From contig NMRA01000088.1 of NCBI GenBank assembly GCA_002633005.1, positions 368,186 through 432,185 of the forward strand: a DNA stretch of 64,000 nucleotides, written 5' to 3'. The notes beneath the pieces are model-generated. The model made no database searches and was not told the DNA's origin. It was given only the letters and a program-made list of their open reading frames with translations. Of the stretch, positions 35,101 through 49,700 are shown piece after piece (position 1 is the stretch's first letter; every line of letters starts with the position of its first letter). The stretch comes from Phoronis australis (Eukaryota > Animalia > Phoronida). Made by a program: the position numbers and the translations under genes.

Positions 35101-36580
35101 CGCAGCTCAAAGACTCATTGCCTGTCTTGCACGCAATTATTTCAAACTTTAGCAGAACCAAGGGCCCGTGATGAAAGACATTGCGATTGAAAGTTAGTGA
35201 AATCACATGCTTCGTTTGTAACGAATGGCGATATCTCACCGAACAAGCAAGAGACGAACCATAACAGTTGCAGCCGTTATTCTACTGTCAAGTAGGGTCT
35301 AGCTTGCGATTTTCTTGTAAAAATCTTTTTAACATACAAATACCCTTTAAAATGTTTGAATGTTCACCAAGATGAGCAGGCGTTTCACATGACCGGGGTT
35401 AAATTCTACATACATTTGTTTGCGCCGCGTTCCTTGGGAAAAATCAGTTGGTTTAGCCTCCTGTTACCGTGGGATTTCTGAATATATATTTCGTCATTTG
35501 TAAGCCCATGGGCTTATCGCCCGAATTCAGGACTATCAGTTTTCGTTTGGAGCGACATCTACCTCAAATTTTATGTATATGGTTTCAAAAAATTGTTATG
35601 AAGGACAAATTTTGTGAGGTCCATGATATGTTCGTTTTCAGGTATATATACGAGCTATTTTAAAGAAGGTAGAACTGAGGTAATTGACCTTGATGAGCTA
35701 GCACTCAGTCAGAATACAACAGATAGGCCTGTTAACTAAGCATTTTTCTTTACTGGTATTTTCCGGTTTTCGACAGCAAGTCCGGGCGAACCCGTTTTGG
35801 TATTCTAGGGTGTCCATAACGCCATATTTCTTATGCTCTGACGGAAACTCAGGATATGAAGTGCCGTTTCTATTCCTGGAATCAGAAATGCCGGTTAATT
35901 AATTTTGCACCTTTAATTATCTATTTCCAACACCTGAGCCCTGGAGAGTAAAACAAGAGGTGGGCCCGAGGGCCTCTTAAGTGTTTGATGGGCACTTAGG
36001 AACGATCAATAATGTATTACGACCTTTCGATCTTAGAAATCATACGTGTTGGTTGTTGAAACTGTTGATTGGATTCGGAGCGCTTTTGAAAGCTCGTCAT
36101 TAACATTTGATTACGTAAAGGCGATAAACACATAAACACTTGCCTTCTGTCAAAAACAAACTTTTTATTTATTTTATCGTTACAAAATTGGTCTTATTTT
36201 GCTCCTTACTTAAATTAGAAACGGTTTCTAGACCTGAGAGAAAGACCTGACAGGTAGTTATTTCGTCATACAACACCAGACCCATGAAGTCTCCTTGTCA
36301 CGGCGGGTTAGTGTCAGTCACCGAAACAGTGTGACCGTCAGGGTGATTCCATGAGTTTCATTGCAACCACTTTCGATTTTGGCCAAGGATAAGAGAAGGA
36401 TGAGGTTGTTTTGCAAGAACAAAAATGCTTGTGAAGAAAGTAATTTTTGACTCCTTGGTTTATAGCGGCCTTGAGAAAACAACACAAAATTAATCAACAA
36501 CATTCCTATAAAATGAAAGTGCAATGGACTTCGTTGTTTTGCCTTCTTAATTTAAGGGTTTTTGAACATATAGTATATTA

Positions 36581-36688
36581 CTGGTGCGGAGTTCGTTAAA
36601 AACGATACGACATTCATCAATATAAACAATGGAGAAAGACGTTATCCAATAACAAATGTCGTATCGTTTTTAACAAACTCTGCCCCAG
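36581..36688. mobile_element. Mini-MITE/hairpin with ~34-bp inverted arms
   Basis: ctggtgcggagttcgttaaaaacgatacgacatt / aatgtcgtatcgtttttaacaaactctgccccag. Confidence 0.7.
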
Positions 36689-37940
36689 AGAGGCACTACT
36701 GCCGAGTTATACTGCAGTTTATTTCTCAGTAAATAGAATTTCATCTCTAACATACATGTATTGACTAATAAGCCCTCTCTTCATTCACTATTTGATAATC
36801 TACAGCTCAGCTGCCAAAACTTCGAGCAATCGAAACGTTTCTGTGCTTGGTAAAATCAAAGTTCTTACATTTACTCACAATCCGCTTTGAAAAGACATGC
36901 CTTGCGTTATAGAGTAAAGTCAGATTTTGTTATGTCGTATTTTTGAAATCAGTATCTACAGAAATTATTGTAAAAATTATGACATCTTGTACAACTATGC
37001 TGGTCAAACATAATATTTCCTTTGTTTTCACCTAATTAGAACACAAAAAATGGTCTTTAAACTAGAACCGCTTTGTAAATTTGATCCATGAATGTAATTT
37101 CGTTTTATCTCTACCAAATATTATTAGCCATAAAAAGCGAAGTTTTCGGATATTCAACTGTTGCGGCCATTTCTGGCTGCACTATCAGAAATTGAAAACT
37201 TAAACTTGATTAAAATTTGTACATGAAATTCTACTTACTTTCAAAATAATGATGTCATGGACAAAACGCAGCATTTGTGAAAAGTTAACTAATGTTATGG
37301 CATTTACGTTGAATTTGTAATAACTAGAAACTGTATAACTCTCACGGTGAGATAGTTCATACCTAGACACGTGTAAAGTCTAATTCATCATAAAGCTGTT
37401 TTCCTACAGTGTTCTGATAACTAGAATTCAAAAAAGACATTATGCAATACGCGAAAATCCTAGAAAACTAAGCAATAAATCACCACAACCGAACGTTAAG
37501 AAAATGTATTGTGGGTTTGATTACTTTCTAGATAAGTGTGCATATTTTGTTGTTTTTTTTTTGAAAACGACAACCTTTTCTATGATCAAATATAAAATGG
37601 AAACTCAAACTGCAAGCTTAAAATTTTCAAGACATTGAGAAGGGACTTAGGTTTACACAAATATAATTACTTTTTTTTAAAAAAATCGCCATAGGTAGTA
37701 ACGAGCTTAGGACTAATTAACATAGCATAAATAGCATAAACCACTACATTATTATAAAATCAGTGATAATATCCATTCTTTGCATTGTCTAATACATCAA
37801 CTAAATTAACCCTAACATTCTAGTAAAAGCCACTTTATATTTCTGACGAGCGCAACACATTCAGGAAATTGGAGTACCCATTTGGTAATCATCATTTACC
37901 TATGAATTGTAGAATAGTGTAAAATAAAAAGATTGTAACA

Positions 37941-38098
37941 ATCGGTACATTTATTTTGAAACTTCACCAACATTACGGGCGTAGATCCTTCCCCAGTGTG
38001 GAATGAGGTCAGATACAAACGGCACACACTTCAACCCCCACGAAGGAAGGACCTACGCCCGTGAGATTTGTGACATTATAAAGTAAATGCACCGACTG
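37941..38098. repeat. Degenerate foldback (~50-bp arms), probably an old MITE
   Basis: tcggtacattta...acgggcgtagatccttcc / ggaaggacctacgcccgt...taaatgcaccga. Confidence 0.7.
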
Positions 38099-41000
38099 CG
38101 TCTTGGTGATTTTACATCACTTAGTACATATTTATAGTTGTAGTCGCGAACGGCACCCTTCTCCTTGAGTCGACAATGTTTACTCGCGATTTTTCTATGC
38201 TTGTGTAAAGCCATGATCAAAATAAGTTTTATTAAAGATTCATTCTCACTTTTTAAACAAAGTTTTTAAGAATCCAAAAACGAACACCAAACAAAATTTA
38301 AAAAGAAACGTGTAAAGTGCGAAACATTTACTAGTATATCCTGACTACGTCGCAGTCGGCAGTCAGGTATTTTAAAATTCAAAAAAGAACGAGGCTGATA
38401 TGAGAGACGGCTTTGTGCAACGATTGAATAACAGAGCCTTTTGATTGGATAACGTTACAGCACGTTATACTATGTTAAGAATAGATTGTTTGAATAGGCC
38501 AATGACCGGCATTTTTTGCATTGATGACCAACAAAGCAATCGATCAAGGCTGTGTTTCTTGACACCGAATAGGTATCTGTTAGCTTGAAATGTTAGTTTT
38601 ATAGGCGCGGCTTGTTACGTTTCACTGAAGTAATATTATGCAAAGAGAACGAGTTGGTTGGACTCGAATATATTACGAAATCTAACAATATCACAAACTT
38701 TCTAAGTAAATGTGTTATTTTCACATTGTTTGTACCTTGAAAATTTCCACTGTCTTGTGAAAGACAAAGAGCGATGCCGTTGTTGCTTCTACGTGGGAAA
38801 ACTGGTTGGGTGCTTATAATTTGGTGTTAAAATGTAGTATATTTATAACTTTTACAAGTTTCTATGGTTTTGTTTTTATTGAATATAAGTTAGCTAATTT
38901 GAATTCAAGATTTGTCCACAAGGTCTAAAGTTTGATAAAGCAGGGTGACATTTTTGCAATTTAAATACTGGTTATACCGACTTTTGTTAAGCCAACTGAC
39001 TACGGACGTTTGTATTTATAAAACTCTTTTCAAGATTTTTGAGTAACTGAGAGAAAACGCGAAAATGTTTGATCCAATTATAACAACACGTTATTTCAAA
39101 ATACTTCAAAATATTCCAGGATCAAAATCTGTTGAAAAGAAATTAATTTTTAAGGCACAGACATAACAGTTTTAACATTTCCCGATTCTCCGATTTACAC
39201 AACACAAATTCTTTGTTAGCAAACTGACAAAAGTTAAGAAAAATTCTCCATAATACTCAATTATTTTCTATAAAAAGTAAAAATTTCTGTGTTAGGTAAG
39301 TGTTCCTATATAAATCCCAGTCATATTTTTTTCACCCAAAATGAATGTTCTCGTTTCAAACATGTCCGAAAAGATGTGATGGTTTGGAATATATTAAAAT
39401 GTTAGCGAACTAACACGTGGACCATTCATCCGTGCAATTCGCAACGAAATGTCAGTTAAACGGTTCGTGCTTTCGCCTTTAGGTATTTAGAAAAAATGTC
39501 GTAGGTGGACAAACACAATTGACTGGCCCTAGGAAATTTTTGCTGGACAATGTAAATAAGTTAGCAAACATATTCATCGATTTCTCACTCAATAACTCTG
39601 TTGTGTTACCTGGGAGTGGCGCTAACTTGCTACATGTAACGTCCAATGTAATCTGTAAACAATTTTATTTGGCTCTAATCCAGTATGGTTTAACAGTACG
39701 AGTAATTTGGTTGTGCCAAAGTCAAACTTTACTCTTGAAAATATGTTTTAGACCCATACAATGAGGTTTTGTAAACAGTACAGTTTGGATATAGTAAATT
39801 TTGGTTACCGGAAGACACCATCCGAGCATTATTTACAACAGAAATCATGCTGTGCAATGTCACGTGCGACACATGCGTTCATTATTGAATTATAACAAGA
39901 AAATTTTATGACACATTACACGCGAAAATTCTTTCCGATAGTCATTATGTTATTCAGCGAGTAACTTTTGCAATTAACGTTGGTTATTTGAATAAAACGG
40001 AATGATATTGCGGAACCGTTCTTGCCGTAAGTTTACTTGTAAATTCCGTGGACAACATATGGCCATTCTTTTGTTTCACAATTTCCAGGTTCAAAAACGA
40101 GAATACCATAACGACAAAACTATTGTTTATCTTCATAAATTACATCCGCTCTCTGTTTTTTAAAATCTCCTTTCAATAACTTCTGCCCGCGCGCTTTCAC
40201 GCTACAAGTGGCAAACTCAATTCAATAACGACGCCCAATTATATCAAAAATATTCAGGCATTCAAAAAACGAATTAAAGGAAGCAATCTTAGAAAATCGA
40301 ACATTTTCATTAAAAGCAACGAACTTGCCGGGAGGGACTCAAGGCTTCGTTTGCACGTAATATCGTGCTGTACAAACTTAATAAAAAACGAAGTAAAGTC
40401 TATAAACGCCACGCCATAGGACGTTAATGCAAGACCCAAGTTCATGTTGCTGGTGTATAATAATATTTTTTTCATTTGCATATCATAAGCATTTCATGTG
40501 TATTGTGTTACATTTGATACATTATTTGTCATTTTCCCTGTGAGACACTTTTCGCTGTTTTTCGAAGGCACACACTTGGATACACGTTTTATTTATCGAA
40601 AATTGAACTTTATTTAATTTCTGTTATACGGATAATAAATTTCATAGCAAATAATGTTAGGTTCGTAAACAGAAATATTGTCGCCGATCGTGTCATTTGT
40701 TTTAATTATTAAAAACAGCACAACCAGTCACGTAGGCTTCAGACAATGACGCTGCGTATTTTTGCCTTTGGGGTTATTTCCAAGTGCCTGGATCCCAACG
40801 TTATTAACAACTACTCGTTTTTGGCGATGAAATGTACATGGGCGCATCATATTTCAAACAAGGTCATTTGATTGGCTAAGAAAACAGCAGTTTCATTTAG
40901 TCCCGCCCACCACAAAGCGACCACACCTTCTTGTGAAACGACGCCTACCTTGAAGAAAATTTTTATTCTTAACTTTGCCAAAATTATTTTGGAATTACTT

Positions 41001-41173
41001 CCAGAACTTTGCCAATTCATTGAGGAAATGTGAACCTTGAAGAGAGCTCAGAACAGTCATATGTATTACAAAAAAATGAAACGTCATAATGGTAAATGAA
41101 CTACGATGTGTTTTATGAAATGTGATTTTTGAATGGCGTGTGTCGTAATGGCTGAAAGTTAAACTTAACTTTA

Positions 41174-41322
41174 GGGCCCGGTTGCATAAAAGCTATACGC
41201 AAGAGACGACACATTGTCACAACACTCCACGTTCATTGCCATTGTTGAAAAGTTCATTTGACGTCATGCAACAGTTTAACTTATCCTAGTGATAAATTTC
41301 AAAGTTTTGCACAACCCAGCCC
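41174..41322. mobile_element. Short Harbinger-like MITE
   Basis: TIRs gggcccggttgcataaaagct / agttttgcacaacccagccc. Confidence 0.55.
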
Positions 41323-42659
41323 AGAAGAATACCAAAATCAACCATTGTTTTACGCAACATTTAGTTTTTCCGGTTCTCGTTAGAGTGCGCTACTTGCAAA
41401 CAGTGCGTCCAGCAGCCCCAAGCCACTCTAACATGATGATACGTGAGGGCATATTTATGTGTCTAAGCAACCCCAACTTGTAGAGCCGCTTTCATAATGG
41501 CGAAATTGTAAAAGAATATAAAAAGATAATTAAAACTTGTCATTCTATTCCAACAATTTTAATGACATAATTGGCACGTGGTCATGCGTGACCTTTACCC
41601 TTTAGAATGGGCCTAGCTTACACGAAATGCTAACGGATATACTGCTTAATATTCTATAATCTCAAAGGTCAGCAGAACACACAACTTCTCCTGAAAAATA
41701 TTTCTCTGCAGAATATGACGTTTTGTTTACGATTTTGGCCATGCAGTAAAAACGTCAAATTAAATATCCAGATTATGGGAAAGATACTGAGTTCAAAGTT
41801 AAAGTTCTTGTTCTGCATTTCCAGCATTTTACCACACCTTTAATCTTAGAGATGTTTCCAAATCCAGTACAAACGATTTCGATACTATATTTTCGCAGTT
41901 TTCAAAACGTTTATCGCGTAACTGCACTCAACGAAATCATCATAATTTCTCATCCCATAAAGTATACGAGGAAATATTTTGCCCAGACTTAATAATGTAC
42001 CGAGATTGCAAATCCCTACATCAACCAGTTCGTCTGTGTAACCGTATACTCGTCGACTAATTACTCCTGGTCCGCCCCAGGCTCCCCGAATGTATGTCAA
42101 TTCGGTGCACGAACGTCGCTCTTAAAGGAAAACCAAGAAACATTTGCCTAACGTATTTGCACTATACATTTCTTTAATACTAGATTATTGTCAGACATAT
42201 GTGTTAAAGAACTTCCGACGCTCGCATACAGTTCATTCGCCTGGATGTTATTTTGAAAATAGAACAGTTTACCTGAATTACGTGTAGTGTGAAATTGTCA
42301 ACTTTGCATTTCCCCCAAAGACTTTACCAGGTTTCTTAGAATAAGAGTATTCGGTACGCTATATATATATCTCTTCAGTAACCATGATCTATTTCGTTAG
42401 TAGCTCGTTTATCCAGAATGTGTCAGGACTTTTAGTTATGAATATACTTCCAATAAGACTGCATGGACGTTTGTTAAATACTCCACTTTAGCACAGCGTG
42501 GCGCGCATCCGGAAGAACCGTAATTCGCTGTCAAACAACACTCACAGCACAAATTTGTATAACCAAAAAGATTCCGGCATAAAAACGAGGGAAACATATC
42601 ACGTTTTGCGTGTACCTGTGTGTAGCAAACGATGCAAGAGAAAATATATGCTTACATGT

Positions 42660-43000
42660 AATAAATAACGCTTACAACGTTACCCCTTGTTTTCTACTGT
42701 TAGAAAAGATTTCGGATCGAAAACATTAGAACCTTATCACGGCTCAGATATACGAACAAACTGTACATATGGCGCCAAATGATTTTCAGATAACATAAAA
42801 ATAAAACTGTGGTACAAAATTAGCGCTAACAATATTATCCTTTGTTCCCTAAAATCAGACAACATTTTTGCACCAAAACGTCGGAAACAGAGTACATCTT
42901 ACGCGTACGAGAAAACTGTACGCATCAAATGATTTTCAGATAACGGAAAAATCTAACTGACACAGCATAAATACCCCTAACAATGTCACCCCTTGTTTAG
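42660..43000. repeat. Degenerate ~150-bp tandem repeat (2-3 copies)
   Basis: caaatgattttcagataac...ctaacaat...cc.ttgtt recurs. Confidence 0.65.
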
Positions 43001-43399
43001 TTGTCACTTTGGTGACTTTTAATTTTCAGACATAATTGAACTGAGCGTGTTATCAACTTATCCACGGCTCGGAATAGATGGATAGAACAACTACATCGAG
43101 GTCGTAATTTCAATCACGTTCGTCTGTGCAAGCAAATGAAGGTAAATTGTCAAAAATTCAAAGAAATAACTTTGATTCGTTTTGGATTTGTAAGAAGATC
43201 AGTAAAGTTCCTGACACGAATAGGATTGTTATCTAATATTATTATCAGTGTGAACACGGCCCTATAAAACTGTCATTAATATCCAAATCATAGTTGTCAT
43301 TATTACGTAGGATGTTTCTAAGACTGTCCCTAGTATCACTCACACGTGGGCCTACAAAAACTATACCATTATTTTTGTCATCATGAACAGTTTCCGTAT

Positions 43400-43672
43400 A
43401 CTTATCGTTACTGTTACTTTTACTACAATAACAATAAAAATAATTTTAAAAAATGATAGTAATAACTGTAATTAATATTATTGTTAATGTTATTGCAATT
43501 GAAATAAATAGTAATAATAATATTGTCTTTCTTGAATATGTTCATTGCAATAATCATTATCATTATCTCTAAAACTATCCTTGTCGCTATCACTATTACT
43601 TTTATTATTTATTATTATTATAACTATTATTATTCATTATTATTATTATTATTTTATTGCCATTACCATTAC

Positions 43673-43720
<48 letters not shown>

Positions 43721-43905
43721 TACTACTATAACTATTACTACCATTACTATTACTATTACTACCATTACTATTACTATAAGTATCATCATTATAATTATTA
43801 TTACTATCATATCATTATTATTATTATTCAAGTTACCATATTTGTTTTCATTATTTCCACCATTACTATCATTGTTAGTTTCGTTTGTACTATTATTATA
43901 AGTAT
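43400..43905. repeat. (ATT/ACT/ATC)n microsatellite and low-complexity tract
   Basis: Long TAT/TAC runs; these generate the poly-Y/poly-I ORFs. Confidence 0.95.
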
Positions 43906-46596
43906 TAAAACGCACACTAATAATATCATCGTCGAAGTTCGACACTAAAAAAAATCCTGTACACCTTGCGGAAGTATATTGATCGATGAACTAAATGTTT
44001 GTCTATGAGTCTTGTCAGTACAGCCGTCTTTTAGGAGTGCATACCAGTACATGTTTCCACGTAATCTATACTACATCTGCTTCATTGACATAATTTAGCA
44101 TATCTTGTGTTTAGCAGGTTTAATACTTTCCAAATTACGATTCTATTATTCCACATTGTAAGAGGACACGATTTTCAACGTAAAGTGCTCTCCGCTCTGA
44201 TTGCCTGAAAAAAAAAAACGATTTAAATTCTACAAAGTTTGATAGCCTTTTTCAAACACAAAACCAGTCTAACCGAATCAATACCTAACACCTTATAGCG
44301 CACATAATCACTCTTTCACTTGACTCAGCATCCTGAAAATCTCATCACGTGTACATAAAAACGCCGCACGTGTTTTGTTAAAACAGATGCTCCCCTGTGA
44401 TATATGTACATTGTAAACTGACCATTTCTCAGTTGTTTACACGTGGGCTAGAGCTTCATTAAATTGTTTACTTTTCTTTGGTGCTATTATATGTTCGCTA
44501 TGTTTCCACTTAAGTCTTATATTCATGGGAAATATTCTAAAGTGACTTATAACCTTTTTGCTGCTCTCTAGAGTTTGCAATTTTCTAAATTCATTTGTTT
44601 TGTGTTTGTTTTTATCTTTGTCAATAGATTTGGTTGTGCTTTTGGTTATATGTGAAGGCGTGATTCCATTAACGCAATGGGGCGTCTTTGCTGATCTGTT
44701 CTTTTTCGTTTTTCTTAACAATTTCACCCATTTGTTTTTCTAACCATTATACTGGAGTTGTTATACGATTTTTTAAATTCAAAGTTATGGAAGCCCTGCT
44801 TCAGCGGGCAAAAAGTGCCAACTTCAAAATAAGATAAAACAACAATGAAATGTGTAGACAAGGTTTTACATTTCAGGAAAAGGTACAGACACGGGCATCT
44901 ATTTGCTCCCGATACAAGCTACTGAACATTTTAAGAAGTTATTGTCCCAAAATCGACGCATTTTAAGATATTAACACTCACTTAAAACTTTGAAGTTAGA
45001 AACTATTACTAGTAAATCAGTTTGCTTGTAGTGATGGTCAGTATCATTTAAAGTCAGTTTAAACACAGTCGCATGAATCACGTGCTTGTTTCACCAACTT
45101 CAAAATAACAATTACCAAACAAATAATGAATATGAAGAACAACACTGTAAAGAATTGGTTACTTAGGGTCCAGATTCTCAGCAACGACTTTGCAAACGTT
45201 GAGGGATAATGGCGCTCCCCATTGTCTAGCACAGAGATAAGCACAGGTAGTTTAGCAGATGATCGACTTAACGTAACGTATTCCGTTTGAATACACCTTA
45301 AAGCTTTTAAGTCATTTGGGAGAAATAAGTAAGTACAAGTGACAAGTTTCGCAATCAGCTAATGTTAAGAATAAATTGAATGGTAGTCGCTTGGAATCAA
45401 CCAATGAACATTGGAATTCTTTGCCAATCAATTAAAGAGACTAGAGACCCAATTTCTGTCACAAAAAATAACAACACTTACTGTTATGAAATTAGTCTCC
45501 AATAGTTCCTCAGTCAAACAGATGTGATTTCTTGGCTAGGAAAGAACCTACAGCTCGTTAGCGTTTGAGACCAGACTCTACGAGTTAGCTTGTCACGGCA
45601 GATCATTTTTTCGCCGAGCACGGTCTCGAGCAATAACCAACTGTAAGTCTAAATCAACAGTTAACTTAGTTTTTTTCAACGTGACGTTGGTTTAAAGTAG
45701 CTTTAACTAGGAGTATACATCCGGGGTATGGATATGTGAATCTTTAACTACTTACTAGGTGGATTTGTTTCTTACCTTACGCTTGCAAAGTGCTATTTCG
45801 TAGCAATGTACTGGATAGCGATTGTAAAAATAGCGAATTTTCTTTCAACTTTCAGACGATAATTTCTCACAGTCTTAAATCTCACGATTTATTCTTTGAG
45901 TAATTCACGTCAAGTTTAAACACTTAAAAACAAAGCTACATTCTGCGACTACAAGAAATGAACGAGACAGAAAACGATCTTCTAAACACCAACGAAAAAT
46001 TAACCGATTATCTCGATCAAGCCTAAATAACGCGCCATTAAAATTCAACGTCCGTTGTTGCAAACGTTTCCGTCAGTAAGCTAGCCGTTCTCTACTGTAC
46101 GCGTCTACGAATATTACTTCATTTCAACCGGAAATCATTGAGAAGTAATTGAGCAAAATATCCAATGTTTAATGATTAACTTAACTATACTCATGAGTGG
46201 AGGTTTGACCTTGTGGGTGTGACACTGCTTGGTTGGACTTAGTGCGTGATGGATAGACGGTTTGAACGTTCTCTGCACGAAAATAGCGATTCAACCGCTT
46301 TTTCGGTTCGAAAGTGACATTCCCATGCGGGTATACTCAGATGTGTTTTGAGGGGGGTTCCGCTGGGAAATTGGTAATCCACCTTTTTAGAGGTTAACAA
46401 AGTCAAAATCCCTCGCGATTAAAAGGGACCCAATTGTAGGACGATTCTATGAAAATGTCACCTTTCGTCGAACATTTTTCTCATACTACTTTTTCAAATG
46501 ATTTTTTTAAACCTCACAAAATGCTTCTTTATTGGATGAAATTTGAATAATCAACCACCTGGACAGTATTCAGGCTAACAACATAAACAGCAATAC

Positions 46597-46742
46597 CAGT
46601 GGCGGATTTAAGGGGGGGAGGCGGGGCAAGGGGGTCATGGCCCTCCCTAAAATTCTCCCAGATTCTATTTGGCAGTACGAGGGTGCGAATGTCTGACGGG
46701 CAAAATCCTGCCCCCCAACTCAAAATCCTGAATCCGCCCCTG
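46597..46742 (-). mobile_element. MITE family B copy
   Basis: cagtggcggattta...caactcaaaatcctgaatccgcccctg; reverse complement of 3868-4027. Confidence 0.8.
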
Positions 46743-49700
46743 AATATCATGTGAAACTCTTCTGTAATAGTCTGTTCAAAAGTATCTGAGTCGCAACCGA
46801 AAAGTTTCGGAGGCAGTTCAGTTGGAGAAGTACCATTTCGTGGAGAAACTGATGGTGAAAAAGCCGCCCACCTGAGCTACACGTCCCGTAAACAAAGTAC
46901 CCATAACGCAAATTATACACCAGGTTACACAGTCACGTGCACCATATGTCTCAAACCTTTCCAAACGGTTATTGAAAAGGATTTCCATCGTAAAATTGAT
47001 CATTCAGGGTGTTATAAAATGATAAGAGTGTCAGAAAGCCAATAGTTTTGCCAGTGTTTTAACACTTTCAAAATTGCTTTGTTTCATACTGTGTTTCTAG
47101 TAGAGATCGTAGAAACCGTTTATGTACGTGGCAAAAATTGAGACAATTTTTAAAGGTTGAGTAAACCATGTCGTTGGTGATTTGACCAAAAGTTAACTCG
47201 TTCACCTGCTATTCCACAATCAGTACACCCTCCCTCTGGGCCATAAAAGCCTTTTTGGCTAAAACGTGTTCTAGTTGTGTCGTGAAGAGTGTAGCTAAAG
47301 GTATGTATCCCCATAACTCTCGAACAACTTGGCTAAAGCGTTAGTCACGGTTGCCTGATTTAAAGACTGCGTGAGGAGTTTTCAAACATGCTCCACACTT
47401 TTGAAGGCAGATTGTGATGACAGAACATTGATTTTTTCAAAGAATCAAATAATCTAATCTAGTTGTTATCTGTTCTAGCAACTACAAACTATGCTTCCAT
47501 CACAAAAAATCTTTTGATTTACATCTCATACGGTTATGGAATTAGTCTCAAACTGGAGGTGTTTTAAGGCTTGCAAAGAACTATTTCGTTATTGTTTGAG
47601 GCTAGGTTCTGCAAATTAGCTTGTCAAGGAATGTCATTGCAAGCACCTAGCACGGTCTCGAAGAATAATGAACCACCATTTCTTTGTAAAGACAAAAAAA
47701 AAACATTTCGTATCTGAGCAAGGAACAAGTTGAGACCAATTTTACAGTGGTAGATGGCTTCTTGGTCGGAACGCCGGTTTAGTATGCTAAAACAGAGTTA
47801 TATTATTTCAGGTCAGAAAGCATAGCATAGCACGTTAAGGCTTATATTCGCGTGAGTTTCTACTCCATTTTCCCACTTGATGACCCTTAGATTCGAGGTA
47901 CAAACTTGAGAAAAAGCTCGAGATTTCAAATAAAAGCTGAACATTTCGTCTTCCTACTTTTAGCCTTAATGCTGGGGTCATTAAGTGCAAAATAGGACTA
48001 GACACTTTTTCACGTAATCCATTATGTACTCGAATGTAAAATAAGAAACACTGATCTTGAGTTCGCAAGAAAATAGAACAAGAAATGCCAAAAATAATTT
48101 CTTGTTTGATTTCTATTATAAGAATTAGACCCCAAAAAACTTTTTGACTACATTTTACGTTTTTCTCGTTTTCGTACCGTAAACATGACGGAATGCTCCT
48201 TTTACAGATCGAAACGAATGGAATAAAACGTGCGGCACAGATTAGATTTGTGTGCAGTTGTCGTTGAGAAAACGAAACATTACTGCGTTCAAAATTGAAG
48301 GTTTAGAGTCTTATTGTATTAATTTATCTTAATTCAAATTTCATCACCAAAAATCATGCCCCAAGTTCCCTACGAGTCTTTCAGCTAAAATCTGGGACCG
48401 GCATCACCTGACAAAGAAGTAAATCAAAATATCAAAATATGACTATTTTAGTGACAACAAATAAAATCACATTTTAGATCCAAATACGGTAGGAGGGGAT
48501 AGGTACCTTTTCTAGGATGGATGATGGGAAGATATTCACCAATTTTGCTCGCGTGAAGAGTACACGTGTATTGTGAGCTTTGCACCCGTCTGCGTCTTCG
48601 TAGCGAAACGCACTCAAAGATGAAACACCGCATGACTACCCCTCTGCAAACTATTCACTACTTGCAGGAATTCGCCATTATGCTTGAAAACAAGTGCTGT
48701 GTCGAAACTACAATGGTTCTGCATGTCTTGAACACGCGCGCTTTCACGTTTGCCTTGTTAAAATTGATGCTAAAACTACGCATTGTGCACTAAACAACAA
48801 TGTACAGCAATCATTTTTGAAGCGCCACCAAATTGTGCAAGTAGTGAATTAATCTAGTAAGACACTCGGTTTGAAATAATCATGGCAGAACAGAAGTAAT
48901 GTTGGCAATTTTAGGCGCCTACGTAATAACTGGACAGGACGCAGAGGTTCTGAAAAAAGTCAACTGTTTGGATTCATTCTATAACACGTGTGTAACACGT
49001 TTGAATTCTCACTTCGGTAAATGATCAAGTCGGTATGTTCTAATTATAATGAAATACACGACGTGTCATATAGATGAAATATTTATAAACGATGAAACGC
49101 CTGGTTGCTTTGATCATAATGACTTCAATTCATGTGAGTTAATATGCATAAACAAAACATTTGAGTAAGCGACGCAGGCGGAAAAGACGGTTTTGGGTTA
49201 TGTAGTGAACCTCTTTTCTAGTAGTAAAGCTTATTGAAGGTGCATTTCATGTCTAAATATCATAAAAAACGGTTTTGAATCAAAACATCTGTCATCAGAC
49301 CGGTCCCATACTATAGACGATGAATTAACCAAAAAATTAGATTGTGTGATACCGGTGATGCAAAGTGATCGACCGAAAAAATGAATAACGTAACAGGTGT
49401 TGCGGATTATTTGTGAAATAGACTTCAATCAGAAATTGTACCATAACAAACAATGAGCCACGCATTGCATTACGCCATTTTCACTACTTTTCAAGCCAAT
49501 CAAAGGTTTAAAATCGTTCACCATACTTATACAAATAACTATTAAGAAAAACTAGATTCCTATTAAACTCTATGTCAAGCTCCATTGATGTAGAACAATG
49601 GTAAACAAAAATGACTACATTCGTGATTAGCTATTTTTAGAAATCATAGAAATCTCAAGGCCATGTCGTTTTGGAAACTTCATAAACTTTTAATAACTGC

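Noticed and set aside
43523-43948. Poly-Tyr/poly-Ile ORFs
   Set aside because: Translations of an (ATT)n microsatellite.
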